From Pelomyxa schiedti (lineage: Eukaryota > Protista > Evosea): DNA of 49,336 nucleotides. The DNA lies in NCBI GenBank assembly GCA_020536535.1, contig JAHLWZ010000492.1, forward strand, positions 1-49,336. Direction: 5' to 3'. Below, piece by piece: positions 13,301 to 23,358 of the stretch; within the stretch, counting starts at the first letter, position 1; each line of letters begins with the position of its first letter. The notes beneath the pieces are model-generated. The model was not told where the DNA came from. It did no database searches and saw nothing but the letters and a program-made list of their open reading frames with translations. The position numbers were made by a program, and so were the translations under genes.

Positions 13301-16300
13301 GCATATTCCCAAGTTTCAAATGCCATTGCAAAATCTCTTAGCTGTGAAACCACAAGAGAAAAGAGGCGCCTTAAGTAACTTATCTCAGAGCCTTTGTGGG
13401 TGGGTATTTTTCTCATGCAGAGATTGCATAAAATGCGTTTGCACTTGTCACAGCGAGCAAAGCTCTCATCCACCTTTACCATCCACCTTTACCACAGCTT
13501 TGCATTGACTGCATGAATTTTGGCATGCCCTGGAACAGGCAAAATAGCTTTGCATCAAACAAGAGCAACTGCAAAAGTTTTGGCAAGCTACAGATGTAAC
13601 TATGTCAAATAAGTCAGATTCCCCAGCAATTGAGAGCATCTGGATGTTGCGTCGGGGAAGAAGTACTCTTTTTCCTTCTTTCATAGCATGGTAAGTAGCA
13701 ATCAACATTTGTGTTCCTAGTTCTTGTGCATGTGGGTAAGATTTCCATGTATAAAATATATTTGAGTCTATAGTCTGCCTAGGAGTCATGATATTCGTTG
13801 AAATCCCTGAGCACAATGGAAGTTCCTGAAAATACTTGCATATGGGTATTCTGTCTCTTTCATCCACTTCTCCAGTATTACAAAGCTCCAATGCAATAAC
13901 ATCCTTAAGATGCCGAGGAAATGTAAAACCTGATGGATCACGCCAACAGGAAAGCAGCAAGTACTGGCAAAGGAAAAGGTTGACCTCTTTGGCATTGGCA
14001 TTATGACCAATGTTAAAGTGCACTATAATTCCTTGGGGTGATGTAATGGATCTAGCTTGCAATAGGCGCTTCAGCATTGTGTTGATGGGTGTTGTGTCAA
14101 TGGATAACTGAACATGCATAACAGGATTTCCAGATGGATCAAGCTTGTCACAGACATGTTGTTTTATGATGGAGTAAGTCTTGCCTTCTCCACAGTGCCT
14201 GGAGTGAACAACATAGATATTATGATACATTCTGGCAATTGGTTTTAGAAGACTAACGATTTCATCACATTGTACTTGGCTCAACTCGGTCTCCTCCTTT
14301 CTTAGTAGATTGCAAATGTAATTTTTTTTGTCAGTTTTACAGATAAAGAGAAGTTTTGGATGAGGTCCGTGTATTTGCTCTTCCAATGTATGCAAGTGAT
14401 TCATACAGCTTGTTTGGGCAGAGTACTTCAGGTTATCAAAGTTAGCTAGCCAAAAAGTAACTTTGGCAGCCTTAAATTCACTTATGCGGGTGAATAGGGC
14501 CCACCTATCTAAGAAATCAGTCGCATCTGTCTCGGTGGTGTGGTTGTCGCAGAACAGAACTTCAATTGCACTTGGGATTCTCTTGTTAAGAGCCACGTGT
14601 GCGGAGCAGACCACTTCTTCAAGAGACTGAGTCCCAGCCACCTTGATAAGCCTGTAAGGCAGTGGACTAGAAGACACAGATAAAAGATGATTAGTGGCAA
14701 GAGCCGCAACCCCAGGGCTGGGATTCACCAGTGTTGATATGTCGAAAAATTCAACCAAGGAGTCACATAGAATGTCAAACAGGGTCGTGGCCTTGTTCAC
14801 ACTTTTAGCCTTTTGAAGGTGTGCATCCAACTTGGCAGTCATCGTTTCGGCGTTGCACCCAATCGACAAGAAGGTCGAAAATAGTGCATCTTTGTCCTGG
14901 ATCCTCAGAGCACTAAGGCACGATACAAGCTGCGATCGCGACAGAAACGAGAGTATAGGCCTTTGGTTTTGGCAATCGCCAAAGGCCGTCATCCATCTTT
15001 GGAGGCTCTCTTCGCTTGATGTCACCAACTTGTCCAGCTCAGCCACTCGGAGGGAACACTCGAACGATATGGTTTTGTTTTGGTAGTCTGGGTGACCAGA
15101 CTCACACAACTTAGTGATGACTTCGCAGAGTTGGTAGCTCTTATCGAATAGCCGATTGAATCTTGTAACATATCGCTCTCGGTCCTGTACTCGCGCGATA
15201 TTATCTGGCAGTGGCAAGTCAATATCGACCTCGTTCTGAGTGGCAATCACGCCACTCGTCAAAAGCAGTTGGGAAGGCAGGGCCTCTAATTCTTCTGGAG
15301 CTATTTGGGTTTCTTTGGTACGGCCAGGCTCCATGAATGTGGCAGTCACGGACACTGTCGCGTCTTTCACTTCAATGCTGAACTTGCCATGGACTAAAAG
15401 GTTTTTAACAACTGTTATGGTTTGTTTTTCTTCCGTGTCACTGAGCAAAGCCTCTCTAATCGCTGGAATCCCTCCTTTCTTCAAGTACTTATGAAGAATT
15501 CTCAGGGCAATGGCTGCACCACTGCATGAAATGAAAAATTGGAGTAATTCAACCTGTGCAATGCGAGTGTGTTGCCTGATTTTATGGTATACAGGGTTAG
15601 ACATGATCGAGTTACGCTCACATATAATCCGAAGTGCATGCAAAATTTCATGTGTCTCTTCTCTAATGTCTTCCCCTTGACGGTGATCGATTCTGGAATT
15701 AAGGGCAGCAGGTTCGGAGAATGTACATAGAACATCTGTATGTAGCCGTTCTTGAAACATGACACACCAAAACAAGAAGGGAAAGCCTCTAATAACACAT
15801 TTCATCAAAGGGAGATCATCGATGAAGTTGGAATACACTGCTGCCAATGTGCCAAATGGAAGAAGAGAATTTTTCCAATCGAGTGAGCAAAAGGCATTAA
15901 CAGTCTCTGGGATAGTTAGTCCGACCTCAGTCAATAAGGCTTTCAAAGCAAACACATCCTTTTCGATTGACATTCCCTCCATGCAGGCTACTAGCTTAAT
16001 AATGATCTGAGTGTTTTCGATGCTGCTTCCTGGTGACACCTCGACAAGGATTTGCGCTTCATTCTGAACAAAATGGGTCACTTCGTTCATAAGGAACTGG
16101 TTGCATTTCTCCATTTCCTGTCGTAACGCCGCTTCCGATGTCGTTGGTTCCTTGTTAATCATGCCAAAGACATTCCGAAGTCTTGTAAACACTTTCTCAA
16201 ATACCTTTGAGACTGTGTTCACACTTGTTTGGCCTTTCTTGAAGTCTTCAATCATCCCCATCCAGTTGTTGAATTGGAACTCAAAGAATTCCACCCACCT

Positions 16301-18676
16301 GCTGGTGAGTTCTCCCTCATACCTTTTGGTTGGGACTTCCGTTTCATTCCAAGTAATGGCAAACAGGATTGATTTTTGGAGCTTTGACAAGGTACTCGAG
16401 ACGGCTCTGATCTGTTGGTGGCAATTCGGAGGCACCCACAGGTTTACTGTCTGCCTTTCTGTCATGTTCGTAAATTCGGCCAGCTTTTCCTGAGAGTACT
16501 CTTTGGCCTCCTTCTCAAACTGCTCACATTGTTGCATCAGTTTTAAAGAGTTGAGGAACGCTTCCCACTGGTCTTTGATATCCATGTGGTGCCGCTTCAA
16601 CCTGGTGAAACTTGCTGGATCAAAATTCGTTTCAATGATTTGAAGACGTGTCAACAAGGCTTCATCATCTAAAGACGGAATTGCCACCGACTTAATGGTG
16701 TGCATTTCAATATGGCTTACAAGTTCTTTTGCATCGGTTGAAAGAAGATCCATGCGTCCTGGCTCGGCGCCATAGGCAAAGGCTTGGTCGAAGAGCTCGC
16801 TCACTTCTTGAGATGACAGGTAATGGTAAAGATCGCAGTTCGTCGTGTCGCCCCCTTTTCGCACGATTTCGAGAATGTGACCTTGTTTCTGAAGTGACAC
16901 TTTACATTGCGTGATTGCAATGGAGGTGAGTCTGTCCCAAACCTTTTCGTAAAGCTGCATCCACAGTGGAGCGGGAACATCTGGTTTGTGAATCTCCCCC
17001 AAGAAATTGATCAAAGTTACCAAGAAATCTTTTGGGGTTGAGTCAACGATCCCAAAGAGGTCATCTTGCTCTAATTGATGCAGCAAGGACCCTGGGGATA
17101 CGCACTCCAAAAAGAACTTGATACGTGGTAAAACCGACGAGTCAATCTCCTTGGGAAGCATTTTGTGGAATTCCCTTACAAAGGTTTCATTTTGTTTCAC
17201 TAAATCAAGAACTCCAAGCAACGCAAGGATGCAGTGCTCCTTTGAATTGGATTCTGTGCTGATCCTCGAGCTCAGTTGCGTGGAAAGGTGTCTTATCCAC
17301 ACAAGCTTCGACGGTTTCTCTGGAGCCATCAGCAATGCTTTCAAAATTTCTGCAACGCTTGGATTGAGTGCACCCTGATTATCCAAAGCCTTGAGGACCT
17401 TGAACGGAATTGCAGAGATAACCACTACGGGAAGCACCTCAATGCAGAGTTTCCACTCTGAAAATGTTTCTTTTTCATTCAGCCTTGTCACCAACTGAGT
17501 ATAAAGCTGAAGTTTGCTGCCGGAAAACAAAGTTTGGCTCACCTGTTCCAACTTCCCCACTTGCTGTCCCATTTTGCACGTGAAACAAAAATCGACAATC
17601 GAAAGGGGACTGATTTCTTGCCAGCAAAATCCCTCAAGTACTGCAGTTTCGTAATCTGAAAACGTTCCAGCTTCTATATCTAATGACCTGCCTTGAATTT
17701 CACTGTGAAAGTATCTGAGATATTCCGTTGTTTTCCTACTCATAACAGCATCAGAGCAGGATGCAACCGCAAGTGCTGCAACGAGATAGAATAGTCCTTT
17801 GCCGATTCGCCCAGCACCAGAGAGGTCTTCATCTTGTGCCATCTTCAGGAACTGTGGGAAATCCTTGAACCCATCCAATGAGTCTTTAATGGAGTCTGGG
17901 GGAACAAATCTGTTGTTGACGGTCAGCTCGTTCTTCAGGGAGACTGAGCACGTGATGACTGCTTTGAGGAGCACTTCATCCTTGGGAATGTCAGGAAGAG
18001 CACCCAGCATCTCCAAGAACTTGTAGAAGTCCAAGATTAAATTTGAGCAAGCTTGAGCTCGTATTCTGGAAAAAATGACACCCAGTTCCTGGCAATACTG
18101 CAGGGGATCACACTTTTGTGCCAAGAACAGAGCACAATCCTGGAATGCATTGATGGTCGCCCCTTCTGTTGAATTTCGTGTCACTACATGGTCAAACTTT
18201 TCGTTGATGGAATCGACATAGAGCATGTCACCTTGAAGTGTCGGTGCCTGTATGACCCTCAAATTTGTCGCCACGCCAGCGTCTGCCCAGACTGACCTGT
18301 TCTCAGAGCTTTCCCCAACCATCACTTGAAAATCCACCCTCCTTCCAGCAGGAACTCGTGCTTCAACCCATAAACAGTGGTTTGAGAATGAACTCTGAGG
18401 GGGTGAAACCACCAGCTGGCTGTAAAACTTCAAAAACGGAGTTTTCCCTCCCAGGTCGCAAACGAAATACAAAAAGATTCGCACCGTGGCCTCTTCGACG
18501 GACCCTGGCCCTGGGGTTTCTCCTTGCGGATCGAGGCTCGCCGGGATCTTTTCTGGCTCTGAGACATTTTCGCCAGGGACTTGTCTGACTGGGGTGGACC
18601 GCGGTTGGTCGCGGAATTGGGCTCCGCTTCCGGACAGAGGTCCTGGCGGTACGCCACCTCTTCCCCTTCCTCGCAT
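4381..18676 (-). CDS. RNF213/mysterin-like giant AAA+ ATPase - E3 ubiquitin ligase (~4760 aa if the 13-bp duplication at 13467-13494 is removed; frameshifted as assembled)
   Basis: RNF213 signature segments are seen directly: SRHCGEGKT; YTLTVDNILRIMSVQIRLFAGIPVCIMGETGCGKT (Walker A, ~12533-12556); LLDEVNT (Walker B); ALKENCFAVL...LFIVGRPGSTKS (~11311-11334); VLEEVG; IGVSNYRLDASKMGRG; YFGMRDFYS; LYESLLDALNVHY; PPMINRFSK; and C-terminal LACFLPQSKGLG...HIQN. The first ATG is at 18676 (the ORF-track start at 18760 is GTG). Confidence 0.9.
6720..6865 (-). other. RBR-type RING2(Rcat)/IBR-like zinc finger within the RNF213-like protein
   Basis: CPRCKAAFVDWDGCFAFTCSNKNCKCGFCGHCLLDCGKDAHSH fits the C-x2-C...GC-x4-C-x4-C-x4-C-x2-C...H pattern of IBR/RING2 domains. 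Confidence 0.8.
13467..13494. repeat. 13-bp perfect tandem duplication (CATCCACCTTTAC x2) that frameshifts the RNF213-like gene
   Basis: The minus strand reads GTG GTA AAG GTG GAT GGT AAA GGT GGA TGA. Deleting one unit gives ...AVVKVDESFARCDKC and fuses the 1764-aa and 3033-aa ORFs. Confidence 0.95.
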
Positions 18677-18977
18677 TTGGTTGTTTGGATTGTTTTTGCC
18701 AGGTATTTTTTTTCGTATCCGTTTTTTCCCAGATAAGGGACTAAGTTTGTTTTCCTTCACTTAGTTGCACTTCTGACATAGCTGGGACTTCTTCTCACCG
18801 AAATCTGATTATCCAAAGAAAAAGGAAACTCTTGCCCGGAGCCTCACTGGTGAGGATCTGCTGGTTGTGTAAGACGAACCCTTTTGCTGTCAGAGTGATG
18901 GTTCAAGTTACTGTATCTCTTATATTTTCCAAGAACAGTGATGTGTGGTAACTTAACGGTAGTAGTGTGTAAGAGTG

Positions 18978-19223
18978 GTGGTCTGGGAGAGGGACGTTGT
19001 GGGCTGAACAGTGTTGTTGTTCTCATGTGTTGTGTTTGTTTCTCTAACAACTTTGTCTTAACTATTTACACAATACAGAGGGGGTTTATAAGGTGGGTCG
19101 GTTGGTTGGGGTCTGTTAGCTTGAACTCGCTGGTTCCCGTGAATGGCCATAATTAGTTGGCCAACTTGGCGCCCAATCATCACACCAAGATTCCCTTAAT
19201 CCTTCGCCCATCACTCCTCACAA
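18978..19223. repeat. Diverged direct repeat, copy B (~245 bp)
   Basis: Same orientation as 3496-3742 and co-linear with it; lies ~300 bp upstream of the RNF213-like ATG. Confidence 0.9.
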
Positions 19224-19374
19224 GTGGGACTTCAATTGAAAGGTGACTTCAAGCAGGCACTGTGAGAGAACACCACAGCAAATGAGTAGTGCAAAGCTTT
19301 GATTGGCAGTGTTTGACAATGTTGGCTCACTGAGGCTCCTTAAAAAATCAGAAGAAGAACCAGTATCCCAGTGT

Positions 19375-19745
19375 TGGCCGGGAAACACTTTTTTTTGCTT
19401 CCCGGGTCGTCCCGGGAAGAGAGGGCGTCTTCCGGGTCCCGGGCCAGTACATTTCCTTTTTCAGAGAAAACCCTGTGGTGAATCCGTCTGTTCCCTTTTT
19501 GGGATGTGGTGCCACGAGCGCTGAGCTTGTGGGGCTATAAACAGGCCACAATTGTATTAGGTTTTCTTTTCAGCTGGTTCCTCAACTCTGTCCTTTGCCT
19601 CGCCGTCGTTGTTCCTCAGGACTTTGAAGTAAATAAGAGATTTCTCTAGCAGATCGGGAAGAGCCGGGAAGACCCACTCATTTCCCGGGAGCGGGACCCG
19701 CCCAAATTCTCTTCCCGTGTCCCGTTTTCCCGGGTTCCCGCCAAC
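19375..19745. promoter_or_regulatory. CpG-rich CCCGGG/CGGGAA motif cluster in the divergent intergenic region
   Basis: CCCGGG occurs at 19401, 19411, 19438, 19684 and 19729. A perfect inverted repeat CTTCCCGGG-tcgt-CCCGGGAAG lies at 19398-19419. A regulatory role is inferred from position only. Confidence 0.3.
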
Positions 19746-19940
19746 ACTGCCAGTATCCAGTTAAGGAAGTTTTCAATCACAACAATTGTAGGTTGATTAA
19801 AATGTCGATGTTGCTCAGCAGGTTCCACTGTTTCGTAAGTTCCCGCGTTGTCTTGCTGTCTCTTTCACTACTCGCAGTACGTCGTTGATACTGCGCACTC
19901 ACCTTGGTTTGTTGGTGGGTTTGTTGACTGGTGGTAATAG

Positions 19941-21560
19941 ATTGGACACCGGTTCCACACGTACGAGGAAATGTGCTCTGCTGAGTTACACCGTTCGTGG
20001 CGATCTGGAATATCCCCGAGCGGCAGCAAAACCGTGGCCGAGAGCGTCGTTGTGCGCGACCCAGAGTGGGCTGATGGCGACCACGGTGCGTTGTGATTGG
20101 AAGTGACTTATGGGATTATTGGCTCTTTGGTTTATTTTATTTCATTTTTTTTTCTTCTCATTATGGGTACTTGTGTTGTGTCACTTGTAGTAAAAGGAGA
20201 GGTTTTACTCACATTTAAAAGGGGATTCTCTTTGGTACACTGGGCAAGGAAAAACCAAAGACCAGGAACTCACAAAAGGGAACCGGGCACTTGTAAATGC
20301 TTTTGAGGCAAGTGCAGCTATACGGGTAATAAGAGGATACGAATTACAGTCAAAAAGTGCTCCTTCCTGGGGTTATAGATACGATGGCCTGTATAGGATA
20401 GCAAAGTATCAGTCGGAAACTCATGAGGGAAGGAGAGTTTGGAAGTTCCTGATGGAAAGATTAGAGGTATGCCTATTTTTCTATTTTAGTTCTAAAAGGG
20501 TGTCAGGGTCAACCTGAAGCACCCTACAAAAGCCGGGTATGATTTCATTCATTTATTTCAGTCTTTCTGACTGCTCCTAAGGAGGCCTCCCCTCCTCCCC
20601 CACCACCAGGTTTTAGACCTCCAATCAAAAAGAAAAAGGAAAAGAGAGAAAAAACTTTCAAGGCCGAAAAGCCTGAAAAACGAGAAATGACAGAAAAGCC
20701 AGAAAAGAAACCCAAGAAAGAAATCAAGGAGAAAAAAGAAAGAAGCCGAAAGAAATCCAGTAAAGTTACCACAAGTTCATCAAGCACCATAAAGAGGGCC
20801 CAACCTCGCTCGAGTAGTGATTCCGAACGTTCTGATGATTTAGAAAGCGAGTCCACACCACCAAGCATCACCCCCACACCAGGGGATACACATTCTAAGA
20901 CTCATCCACCTTCTTCGTTACTTTCTGGAAAGATGCCCTTGGACCGTATCCCTCCAGTCCTCTTGATCTTGATTGATTTTGTTCCAGAGTTTCTTGCTGT
21001 TCACTCCGGTTTTACTTCAATGTCTAGCATTGAGATACAAGAGTGGATATCTAACGGATTATGCGCATTTTGCGGCTCTGTTGTGGACCTAAACACCTAT
21101 CGAAAAGTTTCTTTCCCGCATTTTGGTTTCTGTTTTTCCAGGTCTTAATTTCTGAAGCATTATAGGAAACATTTGCACCTTGTGAGAAGTTACCTACCTG
21201 AAGGAGACAGCAGGCACCACAAGCCCTCCACCCATCACCACCGTCACCGCACCCCGAAGGTGACTGCAACCAAATCATCTCCTCAGGCTCTCAATTCACC
21301 TCCTACAACTCAACCGGCACCACCGGACCAACTCACAAACAGCTCAGTTGACATGCCTGTTATTGACAATTCCGGTAAATTGCCTCTACCCCCTCCTCTT
21401 TCTATGTATTGAATGTCCGGCTAATTCAACATTCCCAGTAGAACTCGAATCCTACGAAGACCTCATTCTAGACCATTCAACCAACCTTGACAGCAGTGAG
21501 GGTGAAATAGACATGGACCAAGATGTTTACACCCTATTTGCTGATATCCTAGCACCCTGA
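19941..21560 (+). CDS. SRA/YDG-domain protein (modified-cytosine reader fold) with Lys-rich linker; start upstream uncertain
   Basis: Not shown in the ORF track; manual translation. Exon 19941-20085 reads IGHRFHTYEEMCSAELHRSWRSGISPSGSKTVAESVVVRDPEWADGDH. Exon 20222-20466 reads GDSLWYTGQGKTKDQELTKGNRALVNAFEASAAIRVIRGYELQSKSAPSWGYRYDGLYRIAKY...VWKFLMERLE, then GQP. These are classic SRA motifs (YTG, DQ, GNxAL, RVIRG, YRYDGLY). Confidence 0.9.
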
Positions 21561-21736
21561 AAACCATCAATCCCAGTCAAATGAACTGTGTCACATAAAC
21601 AAAAAAAACACAACACCAGTGGCACGTAGCCAACTCACTCAAAATTGCCCCTTCTTTTTCCTCGAAACCCAAATCAAAAAAGAGTCACTAAAAGAGATTG
21701 AGCGAGTGGCGGTGACGAGGCAGTGGCAGTAGTATT

Positions 21737-23282
21737 ATGGGATTCAACGTGCGGTTGACGTCGTTCGACCTGTTCCCCAAGTTGTCTGACGACCTTCACA
21801 TCAGGAGAAGCTCCAGTGGACTACGTATCGCCTCCAAAAAAAAACCCCACACAAAAAAAAACAGCACAAAAACATCAACACTTTGCTCTTTGCTTGTGAT
21901 TGTTTCTCCCTTTTGTTTTGATGCTTTTTTTTTCTTTTTTAATTTTTTTCCAATGGTATAACAGTGAGTATTTTTACGTTTTGCCTCATTGGGGTGTTGC
22001 TTGTGGGAGAATACTTTGACTACAGAGACGTGCATTGGGTGTCATCAGTGACTGTTGACACGAGGGGCATCGAGGGTCACATTGCCATAAACATTGATCT
22101 CACTTTTCCTGGCATGAAATGTGGCGGTATGGCGTAGTTTCCTTCCCCTTAGTTAGGGGCACTTTACATTTAACTCTCTCACACCCCAGAATAATTCCAT
22201 TTTGAAATTTATCATTGAACTAAGTGCACTCCCAGATTTTGGACTTGATGTAGTAGATGTGACAGGTGAGCTACAACTTGGAGCTGAGAACTCTTTACAA
22301 ACCACCCCCGTTGGAGCGGGCTGCAACATTAAAGGAACTGTAATTGCTCACAAGGTTCTTGAATTTACATGTGTTTGAGTCCTTTTTTCACTCTCATAAT
22401 CAATGGATAGGTGGATGGAGAATTCCATGTTGCCTTTGGCAGGTTGGCCAAGCCAGCACCTGGCCAACAGACACGCCTCACTGCGAGCCAAGCTGTATGA
22501 AATTCACATTTTCTAAGTTTTGGTCACCACTTAACAGCACAGTACCATGCACGTACATCAGTTTTCACTTGCTGAAATTGGATGGTTTAATGCATCACAT
22601 ACAGTGAATCACATCTCTTTTTTTATGGCCGATCAGACATTATCCCATATTTCACCAACGGATTGTATGGCAACTACTCAATTAATTTTCAGTACTTACC
22701 TTTGTTTTCTCTCCAGTGGGCATTCAATTTCCTCTTGATGGCTTGGGATACATGGTTTCTCATGGTACTATGAATATTCCCAAACACTTCTCATACAAAC
22801 ACCAGTTAATTGGTTTCATAGCCAAGTTGTACTTAATACAATCCAGATACTGCCCGTGTCACATACTTTATAAAGATTGTACCTACCACCTATATTACTT
22901 CTAGCGGCGAACAGTTTGAACTATTTCAAATCTCACACAAGCAACACATTGTACCGGTTGTTATTTCTAGAGCATTTAGACAGCCAGGTTCGCTTCCCAA
23001 CTGTTGGTTTCTTGGCTCATTTCTTCCCAAAGGTGTTTTCTTCAAGTTTGAGATGTCACCATACCATGTAGTGAATGTAGAAACAAGGAAACCCTTCATT
23101 CTATTCCTATCTACTTGTTGTGCTCTTGTTAGTGGTGTCTATGTTTCAGTAGATTTCATTAGCAGGTATTCAAGCAATTCCAGTTCCACAAGATGAAATT
23201 CTAATTCTACTCCCACAGAATGCTGTCCTCGGCAGTTGACAAAATTTGCAAAAGCAAAACAAAAACCCCACAAAAGGCCTAA
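21737..23282 (+). CDS. ER-Golgi vesicle cargo protein, ERGIC3/Erv46/Erv41 family
   Basis: Exons read RLTSFDLFPKL, a TM segment, VTVDTRG...INIDLTFPGMKC, FGLDVVDVTGELQ, GCNIKGTV...GEFHVAFG, FNASHTVNH, TYFIKIVPTTY, and a C-terminal TM (FLSTCCALVSGVY). Confidence 0.85.
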
Positions 23283-23358
23283 CAACTCCCAAAAAAGAGC
23301 AATTTTGTGACAATTGTTGAAACAACAGTTACATTTTTTTTAAAAAGCTTGTGCCCTC

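Noticed and set aside
13466-13500. Programmed ribosomal frameshift
   Set aside because: No canonical X XXY YYZ slippery heptamer, and read-through would add a duplicated VKVD; a simple duplication explains the break.
4381-18760. Two-gene prokaryotic defence operon, or dynein/midasin
   Set aside because: The context is spliced eukaryotic DNA, the motifs match RNF213 specifically, and the two ORFs fuse on removing 13 bp.
3496-19223. LTR retrotransposon or composite transposon carrying the giant gene
   Set aside because: No RT, integrase, gag or transposase motifs and no target-site duplication were seen. Termini are not consistent TG...CA in both copies, and the repeats are clearly diverged.
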